A stretch of 64,000 bases of DNA, taken from the NCBI GenBank assembly GCA_951406725.2, contig OX597827.1, positions 53,878,001 to 53,942,000 of the forward strand, read 5' to 3'. Shown here piece after piece: positions 27,446 through 39,725 of this stretch. This stretch comes from Octopus vulgaris. Taxonomy: Eukaryota. The first letter of the stretch is position 1. Every line of letters starts with the position of its first letter. The position numbers and the translations under genes are program-made. The notes under the pieces are model-generated. The model saw only the letters and a list, made by a program, of their open reading frames with translations, searched no databases and had not been told where the DNA came from.

Positions 27446-28309
27446 AATTTTATACAAGATTCCAAATTCTGTGAATTTTAGTGTTGGTATGAGTAGTTGT
27501 AGATGTTGGTGAGTGCAGTGATTTCAGAAGCCCCACACGCACGCACACCTAGAAATATACTTGTGACTTTGGCACTGAGACTTTTTAAAAGTTTTTCTTA
27601 ATGACTTTTTTCCTGTGAAAGGGATAATCAATGGAAGGAAGAGGAAAAACTTGAGGTTTATTGTTATTTGATAGAAAGATGAAGTAAAAATTGTGGTTAA
27701 AGTGTATATTTTTTATTTCATGTTCCTGTCTTCATTGCATGGTTTTGAGTGGCTGATTCAGATAAAATGTCTAAGGATGTTTGCTTAGCCTTACAGTGTA
27801 AGTGTTATCTGAGTGTGTGTATGTAACATAGGTTGTTGATGATGTTAATTAGCCCAACATTTTGTGGCTAATTTCGTGCTTTAGGGTGGATACAAATTAT
27901 TGTCAGGTCTAACAAAGCATGATTAAAAAACTTTTTTTTTGTTATTTGATAATGAGTTTTATTTCAGTTGTCTGGTTTTGGTGTATTGTGTTGGAGATTG
28001 ACTATTTCTGGGATGTAATTGGGGTTATATTTTGTTATGTGGTATTGTGGTATGTGTTTAATTTGTTAAGTATGTTCTGCTGTATTGATGTTGAGGATTG
28101 GGGTGTTGTTGAATTCCAAGAACATTTTTCCAGGAACATGTTCTGCAGTACTTTTTTTGAAGTTTGCATAAACAATGATAACTGGTAGGTAATCGAAAGA
28201 AAATTGAGGATTAGTTTGTCAGGTGGTTGTGCTAGCTTGGTATACGGAGTGATATCTATGGAGGAGTTATTGGATTTGGATTGATTAAGTACGTGTTTGT
28301 GAGTATTGC

Positions 28310-28529
28310 TTACCCTTTTAGCATTTAAACTGGCCATATCCAGCCCAAATATTCTACCTGTTTTTCGTTGAAACTAACTAGATACGACTTCTTACACTTA
28401 CCCTACAATGTTAGTTTAATAATAAACACATCTTCAACATCTCGAAGCTACACGATACTACATGATTAATTTTAAAAAATGAGAATAAACATTACCTTTG
28501 ACAGTGTTATCTGAATGCTAATGGGTTAA
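28310..28529. mobile_element. piggyBac-type MITE (family A)
   Basis: Colinear with 4469-4696; ends TTACCCTTTTAGCATT...AATGCTAATGGGTTAA. Confidence 0.8.
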
Positions 28530-28584
28530 GATGTATGAAACTGTAAAAGTAGAGATGTAATGATATGTTACCTCTTGTTGCTTA

Positions 28585-28957
28585 TTATTTCTTTATTGCC
28601 AATAAGGGCAGACAAAGGGATTAAGTCGATTACATCTACCCCAGTGTGTAACAGGTACTTTATTTATCGACCCCGAAAGGATGAAAGACAAAGTTGACCT
28701 CGGTGGAATTTGAACTCAGAACATCAAGACAGACGAAATACCTATTTCTTTACTACCCACAAGGGGCTAAACACAGAGAGGACAGACAAAGGGATTAAGT
28801 CGATTACATCTACCCCAGTGCATAACAGGTACTTAATTTATCGACCCCGAAAAGATGAAAGGCAAAGTCGACCTTGGCGGAATTTGAACTCAGAACATAA
28901 AGACAGACGAAATGCCGCTAAGCATTTCGTCCGGCATGCTAACATTTCTGCCAGCTC
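28585..28957 (-). mobile_element. Dimeric tRNA-derived SINE with Nin/Deu-like domain (octopus OK-like)
   Basis: Two head-to-tail units, each containing a match to the reverse complement of the consensus GCCTTTCATCCTTTCGGGGTCGATAAA and box B GAGTTCAAATTCC. Confidence 0.85.
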
Positions 28958-30207
28958 TTGTTGCTTCTACTCTTTGAATACTAGGAGGTGTTGTAAGCAT
29001 TGAAATTCGTGGTGAGGGGTTGCTGGTAGAATGATTGAAGATGGTGAGCACTAATCTAGTGGTGGAAATGCAGTTGCCTGGAATTCCATAGAATAGAGAT
29101 TTAGTCCCTGTCAGAAAGCTAGCTTTTCTGTATAAGTTTCATACTTATACTGGTCAATATTATTTATGCTTGCAAAGAGTGCTGTTTGGAGACAAGCTAG
29201 AACTTGATCATTCCCAACTGGGTCAATCTACAATCCCAAGAACATCACTGATAATGCAAGCATGTGATGTATTTTGGAACTTAAGTAAATAATTTGGAAT
29301 ACATGGACAGCAACGTATTATTCAATATATCACCATTAACTTGTTAATATAATCCTCTGCTTACAACACCCGAAATCAATGCAAGTGATCTTAAAAGAAC
29401 AAGATCTTTTCTAAATTTTAAGACTGGGGTCATCTTAATCTGTCAATTTCCTTCTAGGTCAGATAAAATATTCAGTTTTTATTTTTAGATAAAACAGAAA
29501 ACTAAGAAACTCATTTGATTTTGTAACAAAAATTTGTGTCAAGGAATTTAGGTTTTAAATAAGCTGCTTCGTAGATATGTATTAAATGATCTTTTTTATG
29601 TTCTTGGCTGACTTTAACAACTAATTTTCTGATAAAGTTATTTCCCTTAGATTCGTACTCAGGAAGTAGCTTATAATTACTTCCCTTGCTTGTGTTATTG
29701 AAATGAAATAGAATTTGATGAAATGTGTTCACCGATATTTTAGTATGTCCAAAGAGCCTTGATGGTTTTGCTTTAAAATGTATAACTTTCTGATTACAAT
29801 ACATTAATATTTATATTTTTAAAGTGACTACAAATTTCAAACGTTCTTATTTTTGATCTGCGATATTAGCTTATGCTTGTATATATTCTTACACTCAATA
29901 AATCGCAGCTTACAAGATATGCGAACATGACATTTAAGCAATGTTTTATCATATTGAATAAACATATAAATGGATCCAAGGCTCACTTGTCCGAAAGTTG
30001 TTTCTTATTTTACGACCGCGGAGTGAATTGTAAAAGGAAAACACACTGCTATAAAACATTTTTCTTAAAATTTTACATGTGTTTTTCTTACCACTTTGAT
30101 AGGAATTCAAAGGCGTTCCATTCTTGACCACCTAGCCAATAGAACGTTAAATTCAGTTAATTATATGAAAGGAACTGATTTTATATAAATTGTGTATTCG
30201 TATGTCT

Positions 30208-30545
30208 ACTCTTTTACTTGTTTCAGTCATTTGACTGTGGCCATGCTGGAGCACCGCCTTTAGTCAAGCAAATCAACCCCAGGACTTATTCTATCGGTCT
30301 CTTTGCCGAACCGAACACACCAGCATCGGTTGTCAAGCGATGTTGGGGAGGGGGAAACATATACACACACATATATATATACATATATACGACGGGCTTC
30401 TTTCAGTTTCCGTCTACCAAATCCACTCACAAGGCTTTGGTTGGCCCAAGGCTATAATAGAAGACACTTGCCCAAGGTGCCACGCAGTGGGACTGAACCC
30501 GGAACCATGTGGTACGTAAGCAAGCTACTTACCACACAGCCACTC
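30208..30545 (-). mobile_element. OR-like CORE SINE
   Basis: Reverse-complement match to 752-1150 with internal deletions. Confidence 0.9.
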
Positions 30546-30869
30546 CAAAGCTAGTCATTTGATTCGAAAAATTAGATCCTATAGACACGTGGCAAGTTAT
30601 TTATTGCTCCGTGCCTATGTGTTCAGTCCTGGCAATCTACTGAAGAAGCAGCACCAGGTATAGACTGAAATTGTTTTATTTCAGTCTGTATTTAAGTCTG
30701 CAGAAACCTTGCAGGGTCTAGGATTAAGGTAAAAGTTTTTAGTTTCCAATCACTTTTGGAATTACAACAATTGGTGGCTTGGAGTTTTAACTGCTCTTTC
30801 TAGCGAGTCAGATATCCTATTCTTCGGGTATCTCTTTTGTGTTTGAACGTACTCTGTGGTCTTCTTTAT

Positions 30870-30984
30870 GGCCTGCTCGCTTAGCCAGCGGGGTGGCATC
30901 ATTCGAAGGCTAAAACAATGCTAACACATTGTGACCAGCGATGTGTAAAACATCTGATGGTCTGGTCGGTCACGCGATCACGTG

Positions 30985-31018
<34 letters not shown>

Positions 31019-31251
31019 TTTGGCGCAATGGCCCAGTGGTTAGGGCTGCGGACTCGCAGTTTTGATTCCCCGACCGAGCATTGTGAGTGTTTATTGAGTG
31101 AAAACACCTAAAGCTCCACACGGCTCTGGCAGGAGGTAGTGGCAATCCCTGCTGTACTCTTTCGCTACATCTTTCTCTCACTCTTTCTTCTGTTGGCCTG
31201 CTCGCTTAGCCAGCGGGGTGGTGTCATTTGAAGGCTAAAAACAATGCGAAG
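30870..31251 (+). mobile_element. tRNA-derived SINE in permuted order (3' half, then head and body)
   Basis: Direct repeat GGCCTGCTCGCTTAGCCAGCGGGGTGG...GAAGGCTAAAA..CAATGC at 30870 and 31195; tRNA-like head GGCGCAATGGCCCAGTGGTTAGG at 31022. Confidence 0.8.
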
Positions 31252-31448
31252 CTTTGGTCTACATGAGGCTATAGTAGAAGGCAGTGACCCAAGGTGCCAT
31301 GCAGTGGAAATGAACTCAGAACCTGTGCCTATTAGCATTTTACACATTGAAGAGAGAGTAGCAAATTTCAATGTTTTGGGCATCTTTGTCATGATGAAAG
31401 AGACAAAAATACAAGAATTAGAAAACATTATTTGACATATAGGCGTAG

Positions 31449-31800
31449 GACCACATGGTTCCGGGTTCAGTCCCAAGGCATGGCACCTTGGGCAAGTGTC
31501 TTCTACTATAGCCTCGGGCCAACCAAAGCCTTGTGAATAGATTTGGTAGACAGAAACTGAAAGAAGCCCGTCGTATATACGTATATGTATATATGTGTGT
31601 GTGTTTGTGCTTGTCCCCCCAATATCGCTTGACAACCGGTGATGATGTGTTTACGTCCCCATAACATAGTGGCTCAGCAAAAGAGACCGATAGAATAAGT
31701 ACTAGGCTTACAAAGAATAAGTCCTGGAGTTGATTTACTCGACTAAAGGCGGTGCTCCAGCATGACCACAGTCAAATGACTGAAACAAGTAAAAGAGAGA
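31449..31800 (+). mobile_element. OR-like CORE SINE (5'-truncated)
   Basis: Match to 752-1150. Confidence 0.9.
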
Positions 31801-32384
31801 TATGTTGTTGAATGCATATAGTTTACGAAGAGAAAAAAAGGAATATCTTTGTACTTTGTACTTCTGTTTTATTGATGTTGTTCTTTTAATTCTAATAGGA
31901 AAGGCAATGAGCTGTCAGATTCTTTCTGCACCAGGCAAAATGCTTCACAGCATTTCTTCTGGCTTTATGCTTTGAGTTCAAATTTTGCCAAGGCTGACTT
32001 TTTGTCTATTCAAGGTTAGTAAAGTACCAACCAAGTACTGAGGTTGGTGAAATCGACTAGTCCTTGTCTCACAAAAAAAAAAAAAAAAAAAATTCAGAGT
32101 AAAAGAGAGAGAGTTCTTTTGCTTATTGTAGAAAGAATATTGTCTGTCCTGATTTTATTTTTACTGATGCTGACTAAAACCTGGATTCCTTAGGTTCTGG
32201 GTTAAATATCCATCAATGCTACATGGAGTACATTGCTTATTTAAGCCCTTCATGTATGCTGTCAATGACTTTTCTTCACTCTGACCTGTCTTTTCAGCTT
32301 CTCTACAATTGGATCCAGTACATCCTTCTACTTTGGGTACATACCCAACATTATACTGGAATTGAAATTAAAAAAATATCCAAA

Positions 32385-32790
32385 GTAGGCATGGCTGTGT
32401 GGCAAGAAGCTTGCTTCTAGACCACATGGTTCTAGGTTCATTCCCACTGCATGACACTTTGGACAGGTGTCTTCTATTATAGCCTCAAGTCAACCTAAGC
32501 CTTTTGAGTGGATTTGGGAGACAGAAACTGAAAGAAGCCCATCATATTTATATATATTTATGCATGTGTGTCTTTGTGCCCATGTTTGTCCCCCACCACT
32601 GCTTGACAACCAGTGTTTGTGTGTTTACATTCCCATAGCTTAGCAGTTCAGCTGAGACCAACAGAATAAGTACTAGGCTTTAAAAAGTGGTACTGGGGTT
32701 GATTCCTTTAATTCAAAATTCTTCAAGGTAGTGCCCCAGCATGGCCGCAGTCTACTAATTGAAACAAAAAAAAAAGATAAAAAGTAAGAT
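32385..32790 (+). mobile_element. OR-like CORE SINE (older subfamily)
   Basis: Match to 752-1150 with more substitutions. Confidence 0.85.
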
Positions 32791-33384
32791 AAACCCTCTG
32801 GTTTTCAAAAGTAAGCAAAATGAAATACTCCAGTGACGACTTTCTAAAATGCATTTTGTACTGATGGATCCTAAGATAATGCATTGTATCAGATAAAATA
32901 CCCTCAACCAGCTATCTTTCAAATAACTACTTAATTTCTACAGGTAAAGAAAAGCAATATTTTATATCCTCTTATTCACTCTCTTACCCTTAGGTAATTC
33001 CTTTTTTTCACTACTTTTATCACATCTTTTAGGGAACATGCACATAAATTTCATTGGTGAATAAATAATACAGCGACCCTCTGCTTAGGTACTAGAATCC
33101 AGTTGACCATTTGGCAATGTTTTCTTGATTAAAGCAATAATCCTTTCCGAAATCCTTCCATAGATACCATACCATCAATACTACACTATTAAGTTTTTCA
33201 TAAGGAAAATTTTAATCACTTAATGGGCACAAGTCTTTGATCTTGGTGAACCACTTAATTATATAAAGACCAACTATGGGTAGTTCCCAAGCATGAATTT
33301 CAAAGCAAGTTAATCATGTGCATAAAGTTTTACTGTTATCCTATCAACATATATATATATTCCACTTGCTACATTTATTATATA

Positions 33385-33756
33385 CTAGCACTATGACCCG
33401 GTAACGCCAGGTCATAGGGTTAGTGCATGCATATTCAGCTGCGTGTGTGTGCACATACACGCGAGTACTGTACAAATCTCCGACCAGTCACATACAGCTA
33501 GCTGGCATTCAATTGGCGTATCAAGTTTCAGGCATTTTGATTGGGTTTTGGATAGAAAATTCACAAAAAAGTCACTTCTATTGATTTTTTAATGGCTTTG
33601 CGGGGTGACTGGGGAAATGTAAAGATGTGCACAACCACCCTTGGATGGTTTTGAATGACCATAGAAAGTGCGAGCCCTCTAACTGAAAAATTGTGGATTT
33701 GTATAAAGGATACACACACACACAAACAGACATTTTGCCGTTTATATATAGAGAGA
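33385..33756 (-). mobile_element. Complete non-autonomous Helitron (372 bp)
   Basis: On the minus strand: 5' TCTCTCTATATATAAA, subterminal hairpin CTATGACCTGGCGTTACCGGGTCATAG, 3' CTAG, inserted between A and T with no TSD. Confidence 0.9.
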
Positions 33757-34789
33757 TGTTGTGACAACCTATACAATGCTATTGAATAAAACACAGATTC
33801 TGATTCTGCTTGTTTCAAGGACATTTGGCTGTCATTAGCAATCAGAAACTGTTTCTCTGAGAAACTAATATTCTCAATCTGTCATTTGCTGAAATTAAAA
33901 TTTGTTCAATAGCAACTACACACCACTCTTAAACAAACCTGTCTTTATTGTGTGGTTTCACTGTTTCAGCAATTAGTTCACGTACTTTATAGCTTACTTG
34001 CATTCTGGAAGAATTTTCATTAACATGTTTTTTGAAAAGAGAATGCTGTTTGCATAAATATTTAAAGAATACTGCCTTGCCTAAAATGCAGAGACCCTTT
34101 CAGTTTTCCATAGTCCATATGCTTGATCTCATTTTGGTATTTGAGATTCTATTTTTTCACAGGTTGCAATCAATATAGTACACAGAGCCATGTAGCTAAG
34201 GAATTAGATTGTTGGACTCATGATTGTAAAATTGTGGTTTTGATTCCTGGACCAATCAACACATGTTCTTGAGTAAAATACTTCATTTCATGTTGCTCCA
34301 ATCCACTCAGCTGATGAAAATAAGTAACCCTACGATGGACTGGTGTCCCATCCAGGGGGAAATATATGCACCACAGAAACTAGGAAACCAGCCCTGTTAG
34401 TCTATATAACTCTGGAAGTATCTTTATCTTTTATCTGCTTCAGTCATTAGACTGCAGCCATACCAGAGAATTTTTAATCAAATGAATCAACCCTGGTACT
34501 TACTTTTTGTTAAGCCTGGCACTTATTCTATCAGTTCCTTTTTTCCAAACTGCTAAACACACCAACACCAGTTGTCAAGCAGTGATGGTGAACAAATACA
34601 GACACAAGACACACACACACATATTTATTTACAATAGGCTTTCAGTTCCACTCACAAGGTTTTGGTTGACCCAAGGCTAGAGAAGAAGACATTTGCCCAA
34701 GGTGCCACACAGTGGAACTGAATCCAGAACTATGTGGTTGGGAAGCAAGCTTCTTATTACACAGCCATGTCTGTGCTTATCTTTTTTTT

Positions 34790-35283
34790 TTAAGACCTGT
34801 TGGGGCAAGTGAAATCGAAATTGAACCAAATTCAATGACTGGCACCCGTGCCAGTGGAGCGCTAACAGCTCCATCTGTGTGGGATCACTGCCAGAGCAGC
34901 TGTCTGGCTTCTGTGCTGGTGGCACAATAAAAAGCACCATTTGAGCATGATCATTACCAGCGTCGCCTTACTGGCACGTGAACAAAACATTCGAGTGAGG
35001 TCATTGCTAGTGCCACTGGACTGACTCCTGTGCAGATGGCACATAAAAAACACCATTTCGAGCGTGGCCGTTGTCAGTACCACCAGACTGGCCCTGTGCC
35101 GGTGGCATGTAAAAGCACCCACTACACTCTCGGAGTGGTTGGCATTAGGAAGGGCATCCAGCAGTAGAAACCCTGCCAGATCAGATTGGAGCCTAGCGCA
35201 GCCATCTGGTTTGCCAGTCCTCAGTCAAATCGTCCAACCCATGCTAGCTTGGAAAACAGATGTTAAATGATGATGATGATGAT
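34790..35283 (+). mobile_element. RTE LINE 3' UTR with internal sub-repeats and (GAT)n tail
   Basis: Same tail as 25034-25440; repeated GTGCC(A/G)GTGGCAC..AAAAGCACC units. Other copies at 37481-37660, 55440-55596, 59738-59948 (-) and 62352-62627. Confidence 0.85.
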
Positions 35284-35680
35284 ACTCTTTTATAAATAAA
35301 ATACTCACACTTAACATCTACTTGCAGGAAAAAGATAATCATGTTTTCATTATGCAGCAACAAAGAATTTTCTGCTGCAACTCTTTTCTTTTCTTAGTAT
35401 GAGCCATAGCAGAAAGAATAATTTTTATGTTCTTTACAATATGAATATAAAATCTTTAATAGAAATAAGCAAATGAAGCATGAATATTGCCAGAATTCAA
35501 GATTATCTCACTTAAATTGTAATAACATAAGTGACAACCTATTGACACAAAACATATATTCTTTCTGACAATTCATCACCAATAACAATATAGAATAATA
35601 CAATATATATGCATAGCTACGGGGAAGTAGGAAACAATTGCTAAATGATAATTTACAGTAATATGACTTTGATAACTCAA

Positions 35681-35726
<46 letters not shown>

Positions 35727-35843
35727 TGTATATTCAGACTTGTGATTAATATTGGTTTCAAATTTTGGCACAAGGCCAGCAAGTTCAGGGGAGAAGATAA
35801 GATGATTACACTAACCCCAGTGCTCAACTTGTACTTATTTTAA

Positions 35844-36080
35844 TACAGTTCTATATTTAAGAGATGAGGGATTATGTACATTACTTACATTATTTACACT
35901 TGGTTAAGGGCGTGGGCTACTAGTCCCAAGATTCCGAGTTCAATTCCAGGCAGTGACCTGAATAATAATAATAATAATACTCCAGAAGGTGCTCGAAAAA
36001 TAAGAGGTGTTACTTTAGTTCACTGGAAGTGAACAGCTGACACTGTAGTACATCTCCAGTGTTAGAAGCTGTGTAAAGGC

Positions 36081-36114
<34 letters not shown>

Positions 36115-36260
36115 TCAAAAAATACCTTAGGAATGAAAACCCAGGTTTGGAATTTCCCCCAAGACACCTGATAAAGGCTGGAGGGTACATCAGCCGAAAC
36201 GTTGTGTTAACAACAAACAAGATGAGGACAAATATTCATCAAATGTAAATAATGTAAATA
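35844..36260 (+). mobile_element. Composite non-autonomous retroelement: tRNA-like head, (AAT)n, hammerhead-like motif, inverted 3' piece at its 5' side; inserted in an OK-like SINE
   Basis: Box A TGGTTAAGGGCG (35901) and box B GAGTTCAATTCC (35936); hammerhead-like motif at 36163-36208; TACTTACATTATTTACA (35882) is inverted to TGTAAATAATGTAAATA (36244). Host SINE halves lie at 35750-35843 and 36265-36366. Confidence 0.75.
36163..36208 (+). ncRNA. Minimal type-I hammerhead ribozyme-like motif (G8>A in this copy)
   Basis: GACAC-CUGAUAA-A-GGCUG/CAGCC-GAAA-CG-UU-GUGUU. Confidence 0.65.
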
Positions 36261-36984
36261 TTCTAATTATTTTATCGACATCAAAAGAATTTGGACTGAG
36301 AATGTAAGAACGAACAAAATGCCGCTAGGTATTCTACCTGGCATGCTAATGGTTCTATCAGCTTGCAAAACAAATATTTCAGCCACAGAAATTTGCTTGT
36401 GCCTTAATGGATGTTGAAAGCAACTTCTATTAAATTAATGTTTTGGCTTTGATGTTTTGCAAACATTTCATCAGGGGCATTTCAAATTTAAATACTGGTG
36501 AAATTTCACTTGCAGACAAGAAGTTCCCCATACCTTGTCTAAGTATTAGACCGACAGCTAAAAATAGAAGCCAAATATTCCTCAAACTCACCATACCTTC
36601 TCATAAAAACAAAGTATATAGTGGACAATATAGTTGTAGATGGAAAATTAGGATGGATACCTCATGACCTGAATACCTTTGATTAAACATCCACTCAATT
36701 AAAGCTGACTTGGTGATAAACAGCAACACCAATTCTTTGTTGATGAAAACTATCAATTCATATTTGGCTCTTTTCCATGCAAAAATAGTTCCAAGTTTTC
36801 TCAAAAGCAAGTTTATGTAACAAAACCTAAATTTCTGACACTTAATATCAGTTTTAAAATATTTGCCAATTTTGAACACCTCTCCCTGGCCCATACATAT
36901 TGGTTTCAAATTTTGGAATGGACCCGGCAATTTTGGGCTTTTTGTGGGACCAGTTCTTAATGCATATAATATGTATGAGCCAAA

Positions 36985-37200
36985 GAAGGCAGCAAGCTGG
37001 CAGAATCATTACCACGCCAGGCAAAATGTTTAGCGGCATTTCATTCATCTTTATGTTCTAAGTTCAAATTCAGTTGAGGTCAACTTTGTTGTTCATCCTT
37101 TCAGGGTCTATAAAATAAGTACCAGTTGAACACTGGGGTCGATGTAGTCAATTTATCTCCTCCCCCAAAATTGCTGGCCTTTTCCAAAATTTGAAACCAT
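36985..37200 (+). mobile_element. OK/Nin-like SINE with (ATT)n tail
   Basis: Head AGGCAGCAAGCTGGCAGAATC; TTCATCCTTTCAGGGTC..TAAAATAAGTACCAG. Similar copies at 31900, 40488, 43580 and 58340 (-). Confidence 0.8.
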
Positions 37201-37670
37201 TATTATTATTATTATTATTATTATTATCATTATTATCATTATTGTTGTTGCTGTTGTTGTTAAGATTATATAGGACTGAGGTAACTCCTCCAGAAGTTAT
37301 ACAGAAATAAAAAATAGAAGAGTGCCATAGTTATCATGTGAAATTGGTTGAACAATATTTTGGCATCTAGCATGCCTTCCACAGGATCAAACATTACATG
37401 TCAGTCTACTTCATTCTTTGTTAAGATTATATAGGACTGAAGTAACTCCTCCAGAAGTTATACACAAATAAGAAATAGAAGAGTGCCAGTGGCATGTAGA
37501 AAGCATCATCCGAACATGGTCGTTGCCAGCCCCGTCGCCTCAACTGGCTCCTGTGCCAGTGGCACATAAAAAGCACCATCTGATTGCGGTTAATGCCAGC
37601 CCCCTCTGGCCCGTCCAACCCATGCCAGCATGGAAAAAGGACTTTAAACGATGATGATGATACATACATA

Positions 37671-37725
<55 letters not shown>

Positions 37726-38089
37726 GCATGATGGACTTCTTTATAGTTTCTGTCCACCAAATCCTGATTCCAAGGCTTTGGTAAGCTTCTTACCACACAC
37801 ACATGCCAGTATATATATATTTGCTTATTTATTTTTGATTACAATTTCTGACTAATAAAGTTACTGGTTGCAGTTACCCAACTGAACAGTCAAACTGGTT
37901 CACTACATTTCCAATGACATGAGTGTCAAAAAAAAATCTGTCGAATTTGATGCGCAATAAATATTTCAAGGGGCTTTGTACATAAAGAATTAACTTCAAA
38001 AATAGCCTGTTCATGTTGAAATATTAATGAAGGATCCTTGGATCTAGGTTTGTTAAAATATTTACTTCCAGTTTTCTAGCATCAGTGAC

Positions 38090-39687
38090 GTCTATATCTC
38101 TCTATATCTATCTATATCTCTCTATCCATCTATATCTCTATATCTATTTGTCAATATCTTATCTATCAATATCTTGTTAGTCTAACTAGCTAGCTCTCTC
38201 TCTCAAACTCACTCTCTTATTGTTTTCACTTTCATTTTTGAAACACTATTGTTTTCACTATAAGTTTCGATTGCTATTTACAAACAACAGCGACAAATTA
38301 CTGACAGAAAGAAGTTCACAATTACTGACGAAAGTAATTTCATACATAATTTACTGACAGAAGTAACTTCATAAATTTCAATTCAATCCGTACACTTCAT
38401 TAAATTTAACTACATATTTCCTATTTACTTTTGCAATGTTTTGTGGGGGTTTTTTTTGTTGTTGTCGACAGAATTACTGATAAAAGTAAGTTCATAATTT
38501 ACTGACAGAAGTAACTTCAAAAATTTCCCTTAAATCCTTAAACTTAGTTAATTTCGCTAAAAATTTCTTATTTACTTTTGCAACGGTTTTGTGTTTTTCT
38601 GTTGTTAATGGCTTTTTTCTGGTTCCTTCAACACTGGCTCTTTGATTCACTGACAAATTTCACTTCAAACTGAACAATTCTCTATTTTCCGTAAAAATTT
38701 CTTATTTACTTTCTGCCCATCATATTAAGAAAAATAATTTCCGTTACCCAATTATTTTCATTGTTTACTATCTTCTGCGCCCATGTATTTCTGTATACAT
38801 ATATAACAATGCCTAGAAGGAAAGTGTCAAATTTGTCTACAATGTCAAGATAAGCCAAAAGAATGTCTCTGTCCAGAGAAAGAGAAACAGCTGCAGAAAG
38901 GGAAGCATACTAAGAAACGAAAGATTGTGCACTACAAAAAGCCAGAGCATCTCAGAGTGATGAACAGAGGTATGCATGGCTGACAAGAAATAGGATCTCC
39001 ACTGCAGAATGAAAAGCAGTTGCAACAGCTCAGAGAAGCAACTTTGAATTATGATCCAGCAGTTCATTATGCAGATGACACTAGAGTTTCCATTAGTGCA
39101 CTGACAACTGAGTGCATACATTGTAAAGCAAAGAAGTGGCCTGGAGAGACACCTGCACAGTGCTGCAGTGGTGGAAAGGTTAAACTACTGCAATCTGCCA
39201 ACCTCCAGAGCCATTGAAGAAACTGTTGTCATCAACTGACCAAGATTCCAAGCATTTCCAAAACAAAATTAGACAATACAATACTGCACTATAGATGACA
39301 TCATTTGGAGTCACAAGAGATTTAACTGAGCCAGGATTTATGCAAACTTTCAAGATCCAAGGTCAGATTTATCATGGGATTGGCTCTCTATGACCTCTTT
39401 CAAATGAATCACCAAAATCAGCCTTCATTGTTTGTAATCTATACCGCTTTCTTGGTTACAAAATAAGCTACACAAAATGTGTTTTTACTTTATATACATA
39501 TATGAGTTGAAAACTTCCTTTTAAGATTTCACTTAACGTCTATATTCCATACTGGCATGGGTTGCAGAGTTATTAATGTAGAAAGTTGGTATCTCAGCTA
39601 CTAGCAGTTGAGATCTAAGTAACCTAGAGGATGTTTTAAAATTTCATTCTTCTCTTCAACCCAGGCAATGCCGGATATTTCTGCTAG
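38090..39687 (+). mobile_element. Internally deleted Helitron with a pseudogenised Rep/helicase N-terminus
   Basis: From ATG 38809: MPRRKVSNLS..., CIHCKAKKWPGETPAQCCSGGKV, HFQNKIRQYN, MTSFG, GFMQTFKIQGQIYHGIGSL, with stops and frameshifts. 3' end CCCAGGCAATGCCGGATATTTCTGCTAG|T. The 5' boundary is uncertain. Confidence 0.88.

Positions 39688-39725
<38 letters not shown>

Larger units (their letters stand above)
26990..29130 (-). mobile_element. Degenerate non-LTR retrotransposon (APE endonuclease plus RT) remnant, interrupted by a MITE and a SINE
   Basis: Minus-strand peptides SFRPITFLCTSSKILER (RT YRPISLL-like), ITALTNIYNYS and NFNAYNTS*YS (DFNAH-like endonuclease motif). Confidence 0.7.

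Noticed and set aside
29511-29804. 97-aa ORF with faint GIY-YIG C-terminal resemblance (HIYEAAYLKP)
   Set aside because: Too weak by eye; no N-terminal GIY/YIG motifs.
30130-30600. CCAAT and CACGTG boxes as a promoter
   Set aside because: Isolated short motifs with no associated exon or CpG-rich context.
35901-35960. Functional tRNA gene
   Set aside because: No complete acceptor stem or cloverleaf; it is a SINE-type head. The same applies to the other tRNA-like heads.
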